Positions 54,417 to 64,000 of a stretch of DNA of 64,000 bases are shown piece after piece; position 1 is the first letter of the stretch; every line of letters starts with the position of its first letter. Position numbers and translations under genes: made by a program. The notes beneath the pieces were generated by a model that searched no databases, had not been told where the DNA came from, and saw nothing but the letters and a program-made list of their open reading frames with translations. Where the stretch lies: NCBI RefSeq assembly GCF_902652985.1, contig NC_047024.1:39370001-39434000 (forward strand), given 5' to 3'. Origin of the DNA: Pecten maximus. Its lineage: Eukaryota.

Positions 54417-57400
54417 TTACTGTCCATTAATTTTGGCTGGATCACCAAGTGTGGCATCCCAGATTTTCATTTTGTCTCCGCCAACAGAGTTCTTTGTTTT
54501 AGCCCATTTGTCAGCAGATTTGTCTCCATGGGGAACACCAAACATGGCATCACCAAGGTCGGAGCTTAACTCAGCCAATATCTTAGGGTCTTTGTAGTGT
54601 GTCACAGCTTGTGCCATAGCAACTGCCCGCTTTGCGGGATTTGAACTTTTGAAAATTCCAGAGCCTACGAACACACCATCCACCCCAAGCTGCATCAAAA
54701 GGGAAACATCAGCTGGAGTAGCTGCAATAGAAAACACGTTTAACAGTAAGGTATTGGTTGATAGCATATGCAAAATTAAAGATTGAATTCAATCAAATAT
54801 AATATGTTTCAAGACTTGAAAAATTTTATTTCAAATAACTTCAACAATATTAGAAAATGGGGAACATAATATCACATAATGATTATAAGAATATTAGAAA
54901 ATTGAGAAACATTTACATATATAAAGTCACAAGTACTGTATTGATTTTCATAATATCACAGGTTTAATTTCAGATCAAAGATCATGCACTTAACTATGAC
55001 CGGTTAAAATGATGGAACCAGTTACCTTATCCGGCAATGTTACCTAATCATTAGTAGATGGTAAGATTCACCGTGTCTAGTTTTACGGGACTAAAGGAGG
55101 CTTTATTTACCTAGGCCCCCTGCGGCAAAGTTGACTACAGGAAGTCTTCCCAGCTCCGCGGTCTTTTTGAGCAGATCGTGTGGCACCCGGAGCTCCTTAG
55201 CGTAGTTATATAATTCAGTCGAGTCCATGGCACTGGCTAACTTGATCTGCTTATTGATTGTTCTGGCATGTTTAACAGCTTCAGAAACATCCCCTTTAGT
55301 GAGTAAAAGGTCAATTCAATGACTGATGCATCAAAAAAGAATTAGAGTGACTAGGTATGATTAAGCCATGAAGAATTTCTTGGTATGAAAAAGTAAAGTT
55401 AGAGCTTTGAAAATATAAATGAAATGAACATAGCCTTTATTCAATATCATTTAAAAGTTCATCATAGGTCAGGGAAATTTAAATTTGTATAAAGCTAGAG
55501 ATTATAGAAGTTCTAGAATGATATGAATATATGCACTATGAAAATTCAGTTCTACACACATGATAATGTTGACTTGATAATTTCTATACATAAGAGATTG
55601 TGACTTGAAACATGTCCTATTTTACTTGTCAGTGTAGTAACAGGTTCATACCAGTGCCTGCTTCTCCCTTTGTCCTGATCATGGCAGCACCCTCGGAAAT
55701 TCTCCGTAATGCTTCACCGAGGTCACGTGCTCCACAAACAAACGGAACCTCAAAATTGTGTTTGTTGATGTGATTCACCTCATCTGCTGGCGTTAAAACT
55801 ACAACAAAATAATCATAGAATTTACATTACACAAATACAGGTACAAAATTAGTATTATTTTACCTATCAGCTAGTCTTGTCTGGTTTACACATAAAGGTT
55901 GAAGTGTGCTTCTGTGACTAACCTAACCTTGTCAAGTTCTCAATCATGATGAAACCCACATGTATGTTCTAATACAAAATCCAGGCTGTTATACAATTCT
56001 ACACGACTGACATCCAGACTTCATCCCCTTCTTTTCCCTTTAAGAGGAGCCGATGTGCCCAATCTATACCCATATTTTGGTATGAATATGAATAAAATTT
56101 CTTTATTCTGAGTTCAAAAATCCAATTACCAATTAGTGTAACTTCAAGAACAGCTTGTAGCTTTACAACATTGTGCTGTATTGAGGTAAAAATTTGTCTT
56201 CTTTTCTGAGGCTTGAAATTGTTCTTGTGTATGGTGGTTTTCATCTCCAGGGGCCTGAAAGTACACCTTTCCAGTCCCTGGGGCCAGACCCTGAGTAGGG
56301 GAAATATTTCTTCAAAAGCCTTCTCAATTCTGTATGAGCAAAAGGTTTTTTGTCCATGTTTTTCGTCTGAAGCATCTTGGAGTGAAAGGGAACCAAATTT
56401 TATAAATAGTGGGCCTGGCCCCACAAGGGCTGGAGGGGGAGCACAGAATAGGAGAAATACAGCAAATGTTTGAAGTCTGTTTTGCTTTAATCACTGCAAT
56501 ATCAATGTGAGTGATACAGGCCCACTTGGCCTCTTGTCCATCACCAACACTTGTCCTTATGAATGATAGAAATGCCTTAGTAAGGCAATCATTTTCTAGC
56601 ACTGATGGTCTACTTTATGAAAGAACTGCTTTGATTAGGTAAGCATTTTATAACACTGATGTTTTAACTTCTGCTAAAACTGCCTTAGTAAGGCAAACAC
56701 TATCATAACCCTGATGCTCTACTTTCTAATAGAGCTGCCTTAATTAATATGGCAAACATTTCTTTAACATGGATCCTCTACCTTCTGATTCATCCACCAT
56801 GTCCACTCCAAGAGCTTGCAGAATCTGGGCCTCTGCGAAATGACCAATCCTTGATTTAGCCATCACTGGGATAGTCACTGCAGCAATAATTCCCTTAATT
56901 TTCATTGGATCAGTCATTCTGGCCACGCCTCCCTCTCTTCTAATATCAGCAGGGACACGCTCCAATGCCATGACTGCACATGCCTAAAAACAGTATTATA
57001 GAACTATTAAAATATTGTCATTATGTACATGTAAATAATTTCAAGATGTTCAAATTTTTTTTTTAGTGATACACATGTTCAGATTTTGGTTATACTAACC
57101 CCAGCCTCTTCAGCAATTCGAGCTTCCTCTGGAGTTGTCACGTCCATTATTATGCCACCTTTGGCCATCTGAGCTAGGCCAGCCTTTACCTTGAATGTCC
57201 CTGCAAACGAGAAATTTATTACATACCGTGGAGTCTTACTTTAGTAATATAGACAACTCTAGGACATGTTTTATAAGGTCTTGTATTTTCCCTGTAGTGT
57301 GAATTATTTTTGATCTACATCATTTGTTTGTATCATCTGGGTAAATTGAAACAATGGATTCCAAATATTTCAGTCATTTCACATTATGGTAACATAACAT

Positions 57401-57889
57401 TATTATGATGCAACAACTTTTTATCAGACTTCATTATGACATTTATAGCTGAAATGAATAACTACATGATGTGAACACACTGATCTGCAGTTATAACTCC
57501 TAGCCTGTGATAACCCATGACGTCATGTAACTTACTGGCTTACCCCTACATGACTTATATTGCCAACTATAGTCATGTTCTGTCGGCTGAACTTAGTTAC
57601 TGGTTTAAATTTACTACCTACATGACTTCGCCCCTTGCTAGGTTTTATCTCACCAACTACGTTAGAGTCATTGTTCTGTAGACTTTAGTAAGTTACTGGT
57701 TTACCGCCTACATGACTCCACCTATTGCTAGGTTTGGCATTGTTGTCTATAGTTGTGTTCTGTTGGCCTTAGTTAATTACTGGTTTACTGTCTATATCAC
57801 GCCTATTGCTAAGATTCGACTCATTGTTTTGTCAGAGTCCAGCTTTTACAACAGTACTTACCAGTCTGTGTAGAGACAGCGTCCTTCAT
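54417..57889 (-). CDS. PDX1: Pyridoxal 5'-phosphate synthase subunit PDX1/SNZ/PdxS, 6 coding exons, about 321 aa
   Basis: Exons 57889-57862, 57200-57100, 56983-56782, 55798-55652, 55293-55111, 54721-54417 (966 nt, GT-AG, phases consistent). Motifs: [45 protein letters not shown] (catalytic Lys), [42 protein letters not shown] (second Lys), [29 protein letters not shown]. The symbol refers to the vitamin B6 enzyme, not the homeobox gene. Confidence 0.97.
56571..56786. repeat. Diverged ~55-bp tandem repeat ending at a PDX1 donor
   Basis: gccttagtaaggcaa...gatg(g/c)tctacttt units; the last unit is gatcctctac|cttct, the real donor. Confidence 0.6.
57525..57861. repeat. Diverged ~85-bp tandem repeat abutting a PDX1 donor
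   Basis: ttactggttta...cctacatgact...ttgctagg...tgttctgt units at about 57531, 57597, 57693 and 57777. Confidence 0.6.
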
Positions 57890-57987
57890 TGTGAGATTAG
57901 TGACATCACAGGTCACACCTGTTACAAAAATTAAAAACAATTGATGAAAAGGTCAAAACAATTTATACCGACATCACAAGAGACATT

Positions 57988-59430
57988 GGATGTGATGCGA
58001 CTAAATTGGTTTGTGATGTGACTGCATTGGTTGTGATGTGATTACATTGCTGGTTATGCAACTTCGTTGGTTATGATGTTGGTTGTCATTTGACTTCATT
58101 AGTTGTGACATGACTACACTGGTTTTGATGTGACATGTGGGTTGTGATGTGACTAAAATGGTTGTGATATGAGCATTGGTTGTGATGTGACATGCGAGTT
58201 GTGATGTGACTACATTGGTCGTTAAGTGACAATGTTGGTTATGACATGTTTAAACTGGTTGTGATGTGACTAAACTGGTTATGATGCGACTAAACTGGCT
58301 GTGATAACTATTATGGTTGTGCCATTACTAAACTGGATGTGATATGAGCATTAGTTGTGATGTGACTGAACTGTTTGTGATGTGACTACACTGGTTACAA
58401 TGTGACTACATTGGTTGTGATGTGACTAAACTGGTTGTGATGTGACTACACTGGTTCTGATGTGACTAACTGGTTGTGATATAACTAAACTGGTTGTGGT
58501 GTGATTAACTGGTTTTGATGTGACTTACTGGTTTTGATGTGACTAACTAGTTGTGAATCTGTGATGTGACTAAACTGGTTGTGATGTGACTAAACTGGCT
58601 GTGATGTGAATGCTCTGATGTGACTATTATGCTTGTCACATGACTACACTTTTTTATGTGAACATTGGTTATGATGTGACTCAACTGGTTGTGGTGTGAC
58701 TAAATCTGTTGTGATACGACTACTTTGGATGTGATGTGACTACACTGGCTGTGATGTGAGCATTGGTTGTGATGTGACTAAACTGGTTGTGATGTGAGCA
58801 TTGGTTCTGATGTGATAAAACTTGTTCAGATAACTGGTTATGATGTGACTAAGCTGGTTGTGGTGTGACTAAATTTGTTGTGATATGACTACATTGTGCA
58901 TGATGTGACTACTTTGGTTGTAATGCGACTACACTGGCTGTGATGTGACTAAATTGGCTGTGATGTGACTATATTGGTTATGATGTGACTTAATTCGTCG
59001 TGATGTGACTACATTGGTTGAGATGACTCACATGGTTATAATGTGACTTAACTGGTTATGAAGTGACTAAATTTGTTGTTGTATGACTACATTGTATGTG
59101 ATGTGATTGGTTGTGATTTGACTAACTTTGAATGTGATGGGACTAAATTGGCTGTGATGTGACTAAGCTGGTTGTGGTGTGACTACATTGGTTGTTATAT
59201 GACTACATTGTATGTGATGTGATCGGTTGTGATTTGACGAACTTTGAATGTGATGGGACTAAATTGGCTGTGATGTGACCACATTGGTTGAAATGACTTA
59301 CATGGTTATGATGTGACTAAGCTGGTTTTGGTGTGACTACAATGGTTGTGATGTGACTACAATGGTTAAGATGACTCACATGGTTATAATGTCACCAGGT
59401 TATGTGACAACACGGTTACGATGTGACTCC
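57988..59430. repeat. Degenerate 20-bp minisatellite in the PDX1 5' intron
   Basis: Unit ggttgtgatgtgactaaact, about 70 diverged copies. Confidence 0.9.
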
Positions 59431-60106
59431 ATCGCTTGTGAATTGACAACACTGATTGCAGTACTAGTGTGACAAAATAGTTTGTGTGACTACGTACATA
59501 TACGTGCGTTGATTGTGATGAACACGGCTGGGACGCCCTATGATGTCCTTCATTAAAATCAATATCTTCCTGTTTTTAACCGATTTTATAATTCATGAAA
59601 AGTCATTTTTATTTATGTATTTCGTAATATCGCTTACTAAACCTACGCCATATATCCATGCTCTTTTGACTTACCGTCGCCTGTATATATTTTGCTATTT
59701 CTTTTATAAGGAGACGAATTAATATAAGCTTTAGGCTTGTTTTCGAATCCTTACATTCATGTAATGTGTACAACTTTGCTGTTTACAAAATAAAATACTG
59801 TTTAAACCAAACCTACGCCAGTCCTGGCTGTTGTAAAGCATGCGTAAACAATCTTGTATCTTATTACATGCGACATGGCCTGACGTTGTTTTAGACCTCC
59901 AGTATATCGATATAAAAGAGTGACAAAATGGCTGTTATTTAACATCAACACTTGTATAAGTATGGATACACGTGGTCCGTGTCGTAAAGCTGTACGCGTA
60001 CACTACTCACCATTTACAAGCTTTCCTGTCTCGGCCATTGCTCTGTTTGTCTCCGGTATATTACAGATGTGTTTTACTGGCGGACTTGTCGTCGATAGTC
60101 ACTCAC

Positions 60107-60438
60107 CGGAACTGTATAACGTGTGTAGAGCACTTCACGGTCGAGGTCTTTAAGTAAGGAATTCGATCTACGCTACCTTTTAAATAGTCCGTATAAAACC
60201 TAGAACTGCCTATATTAGCCTACTTTCAACCAGATAAAATAATTCTGACGCAATTCCACATTTATGATGATCTGACCTGCATCTGCCAAGTTCAACTCCG
60301 CCAATGGTAGGACCCTTTTATACCAAGGACAACTGATCGCGTTTGTTTGTGTACCGAACAGTTTCGTAACACGTGTTTTGTAAGACAACATATACAAGTT
60401 ACATAAAGTTTGTGTTTGGCGTAGGACTCTGTCGACAG
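60107..60438. promoter_or_regulatory. Putative bidirectional promoter and first non-coding exons of PDX1 (-) and PDX2 (+)
   Basis: CpG-richer segment bounded by a minus-strand donor CCG|gtgagt (60106-60101) and a plus-strand donor CAG|gtaaga (60439). Both ATG-bearing exons begin with acceptors (exon starts 57918 and 62093), so upstream exons are required. Confidence 0.55.
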
Positions 60439-61553
60439 GTAAGAGATTTAAACTATTATAACCATTTCTGTCGGGAATTTACAGCTGTACAATGCACTCA
60501 TTGGCAGTACATATCGAGGAAAATTTTAAATCTGGTTTTAATTACCAGATCTATACAAGTGCCTGTGAATGCACTGTATGAAACACATTTTGAGTTATAA
60601 CTTATAAGTCGAGACTTGTCAGTTTCATGATAAGAATTATAATTTTGTATGACATTGATATAATATGACAGTGATATTTTCACTGAGAGTGTATGATATG
60701 CTTCTTGTGGCTTATGAAACCATGACTTATATTAGCTAAGCCTAAAACAAAGTGATGAAACCTAGTCTACAAGTGGACTAGGCGGGCCCATATCAGTTAG
60801 AATTTTAGATTGTGACTAAAGAGTTTCAAAAGGGAGATAATTGAACTAAGCCATTCAGCCAAGGAACAGATCAAATTCGAACCAAATATTTTAATTCCTA
60901 CGGAAATTGTCTAAACTACAGAATCCAGAAACATAATTCGTGACTAGATACATTGACTTAGGTGTTGATATATATAGACAGAGACATATATATGTCTCTG
61001 ATATAGATAACTTAAGTCCGTGCTTATATTAACGATCTTGAAACACAACATATGGCTGTGACCTTGAACATCTTGGTTAATGATCAATAGCTACAACAAT
61101 GTACATATATTTCACAAATGGGTGATTATTTTCATATTTTCCACAAGTGAAAAAGAGAAAACGATTCAGGAGTAAAATAACGGGACAATAATGAATTCGC
61201 CAAACAAAGGCCCAGTAGGCCTGTACCACTCGCGTGTTCATAAAAAAATAATTTTGGTGTTGGATACGGAACCCAAATTGACATAGCTCAAAACTATCAT
61301 TCTACACTCCTCGGTAATGGTTTATTTCGAAATGTAAATTTCTGGAACTTATTCTCCGTTCCTATCGCAAAATCAAAACAATTTGATATTCTATATATTC
61401 TCTAGTTTATAAAATTCTATCGAATTGACGATAACACATGAATAATTTATATCATCATATTCAAACAAAACAGACAATGCCAAGGCTAATGGCTTTTTTT
61501 TAGGGAATATTGCAATATAGACTATAGGTATATAACCACGAGGAAAATGTATA

Positions 61554-61712
61554 ACGTGTCTTATGTAACATAAATTATGTCGTATGTAACATAATCAATT
61601 ATGTCTTATGTAACATAATCAATTTTGTCTAATGTAACATAATCAATTGTGTCGTATGTAACATAATCAATTGTGTCGTATGTAACATAATCAATTGTGT
61701 CTAATGTAACAA
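61554..61712. repeat. About 24-bp tandem repeat
   Basis: atgtaacataatcaattgtgtcgt x6-7. Confidence 0.85.
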
Positions 61713-62100
61713 TGATTTAATCTTGTTTGTAACTAGCATTTTAATCGGCTTATAAAATGTTATCAGTCCATAACGTAAAAAAAATGACGTTGCCGTTTAT
61801 AACGTCGCTTTTTATTGGTGGATGGATCAGCGTAATGATTTGTAAGAGAAAATAGTCCATAAATGAAAATGAATTTTTGCAGGGCATAGATTAAATTATA
61901 AAGATTAACTTGAATATACATGTATTTTTATGTTATGGAGTTATAACACAAAAAATCGAAGTGTAAATAGAGTACACTCCGGATTTATTTCACCTCCATA
62001 AAATAAGAAATAAGTTAATCCTTTATTATGAATTATGTCCTTTGTGACATGAGTATGGAGTATGCTATTATGATATTAATACTCTTTTCTAGGATCAAAG

Positions 62101-62463
62101 ATGCCGCCCTCTGGACTTAACGGAAACCAAAAACGACACAGAAAAATCGGCATTCTGGAGGTTCAGGGTGCATTTCAAGAACACAAGGTGGCTCTGATGA
62201 GGGCCAAAACATGTATGCATGTGAAAACAGAACTTGAAGTGGTGGAGGTTCGCCATCCAGACCACCTAGTGCCCGACATGGACGGTCTGATTATACCGGG
62301 AGGCGAGAGTACCACTATTAGTCTATTCCTGAAAAGAAACAATATGGAAGAGCCTCTCCGGAACTGGATACAGACAAAAGGTCACGTGGTGTGGGGAACC
62401 TGCGCAGGGATGATCCTTTTATCAAGGTTTACCGAAAACCAAAAAGACGGCGGACAACCAACG
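62101..62463 (+). CDS. PDX2: PLP synthase glutaminase subunit PDX2/SNO/PdxT, first coding exon (121 aa); gene continues beyond the window
   Basis: KIGILEVQGAFQEH, DGLIIPGGESTT and the nucleophile motif WGTCAGMILL. Acceptor at 62091-62092 and donor ACG|gtaagt at 62463. Confidence 0.93.
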
Positions 62464-62864
62464 GTAAGTCGTATCCGGCACATATCCAGTTCTCAGGATA
62501 TTCATACGGATTATTTGTATTGATAAGCGTATGTTACACCTGACGTTTTCATTACAAAATGAATATCGATTGTATATAATATCAAATTATTTAAGTGTAA
62601 CATATGGTGCCAAAACACAGGGGCCTGAGGATTGAGACACGGAGTGTATGTCGAGACCCGACGTGATGTTTTGGGAGTTATAGGCAGTTGTCGTGTAGTT
62701 ACAAAATTACACTGTAAACACTATCCCAGTGGTAATTGTCTTATTCATGTACTTTGTACTTTACTTTTTACAATAGGAGATGTCCCGACATACTTACTGT
62801 GACTTGATTCACAGAACCCTGTTAAAAATGGAAATATCATGCGACATTTCAACAGCTTGTGACA

Positions 62865-62964
62865 TATGGCGCGGGAAGGATGTCATAATTAAATATTTCT
62901 GCCTGGGCAAAATCGAATATTGCTTAGGCAAAAATATTTAATTATGACTCCTTCCCGCGCCATA
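62865..62964. mobile_element. 100-bp hairpin element with TATGG...CCATA ends
   Basis: tatggcgcgggaagga(t)gtcataattaaatatt ... aatatttaattatgactccttcccgcgccata; no TSD seen. Confidence 0.65.
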
Positions 62965-63301
62965 GATCTAGAATCTTTTGTTCTACCCTGTCACATAAAC
63001 CTGATCGGGACTATTTCAGTTATTAAACATGATACTTGTACGACAACGTGCACACTCAATTTCAATCAACCACAGTACAAAATGAAATAAACAAGACGAT
63101 TTGTTTAGGTGTTTAGTTCTAATAGAAAAGGTTTCACAGGGACTGCATGTGTACGCGATATACTCATCATGTAGGCATGGAGCGCATAATGAGTATATGC
63201 TCATATGAAACCAACTCAAACACTTACTGATTGATAGTTCATATTACGTGTATTGCGAATTTTATTGTTATTTGGTTTTTCTAAAAACTTCGCGTTTAAT
63301 T

Positions 63302-63580
63302 TCAGTCAGTTATAACTTTCTGACGAAACGTTTCGCGCGAGGCAAGTGTGTACAAAGAACTAAAAGTATCTTGCGACTCCAGAAAACGGATTATCTCGTG
63401 TAGATAATCACTCGCCGTACCACCACTGATTACGGAATGTTCCTCCTCTGTCTCTATTTTCTCCTCGTCTTCACTGTCCGAAACATTCAGAGCGTCTTTT
63501 ACAACATCTGCATTAGTCATCTCCGTAGTATTACTGAGGAAATCGGTCGCGGTGACCTTGACCCCGGGAGCGTCGTTTTA
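63302..63580 (-). mobile_element. pogo/Tigger transposase C-terminal remnant in a PDX2 intron
   Basis: Peptide MTNADVV..SDSEDEE..ASDYLHEIIRFLE..RQKVITD has the acidic tract, helix and terminal QxxITD pattern typical of Tigger-type transposase C-termini (recognised from memory). Confidence 0.5.
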
Positions 63581-64000
63581 CTGCTATTGCGAAACATACA
63601 AACATCGATAAAACAACTCACTTTAATCAGAAGTCATCGAAAACACAACTCAACAATTCAATAGCCGTACACATATATACTAGAAATGTACCATCGAGCG
63701 CCTCTCGGTGACACGGTCGTGATCACCAGGGCATGACTTACCTACTTCGGAAGATGGGTTCGTACTATAGTGTTAAAATAACACGGAATTTCAGCCGACG
63801 GGACCGCTAAATTGGATCGTTATAGACAATATTTCGCTGCGTGAAATTCGCACTATAATTATAGAATTACATAGAAGTAAAATCGCTATTTATAAGCGTG
63901 TTCGTACTAAACGTGTTTTACTGTATGTTAACATGTCGAAAGCTAGGGGTTGCGTTCTTGATCAGGTACATTGTATTTCGTCAGAGATTATATGTGAGCG

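Noticed and set aside
55999-56602. 141-aa and 92-aa ORFs in a PDX1 intron (and a similar one at 23083-23430)
   Set aside because: They have no recognisable domain, and the sequence looks like dispersed non-coding repeat fragments.
54417-62463. PDX1/PDX2 as bacterial contamination, or PDX1 as the pancreatic homeobox gene
   Set aside because: The genes have spliceosomal introns with host-type repeats and are contiguous with RIC8 and FNBP4. The protein is a TIM-barrel PLP synthase, not a homeodomain.

Overview
AT-rich (roughly one-third GC), intron-rich animal genomic DNA. The repeat landscape suggests a bivalve mollusc, which is an inference. Five host genes were reconstructed by hand from splice sites and reading frame. 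(1) FNBP4, a WW-domain splicing-associated protein on the minus strand, with its 3' end outside the window. (2) A complete 15-exon RIC8/synembryn on the plus strand (548 aa), head-to-head with FNBP4. (3) An uncharacterised ~283-aa gene with 5 coding exons on the plus strand. (4) A complete PDX1/SNZ pyridoxal 5'-phosphate synthase on the minus strand (6 coding exons, ~321 aa). (5) The first coding exon of its partner glutaminase PDX2/SNO on the plus strand, divergently oriented. The PDX1-PDX2 pair is a de novo vitamin B6 pathway in an animal genome, arranged like the yeast SNZ/SNO pairs, and is the headline finding. RIC8 intron 1 holds an apparently intact 3.95-kb hAT transposon (851-aa spliced transposase, 14-bp TIRs, unusual 5-bp TSD). 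There are many MITEs, some nested, and many tandem arrays. Several arrays start at splice junctions and copy the donor site. One in FNBP4 forms a series of potential in-frame 54-nt cassette exons.
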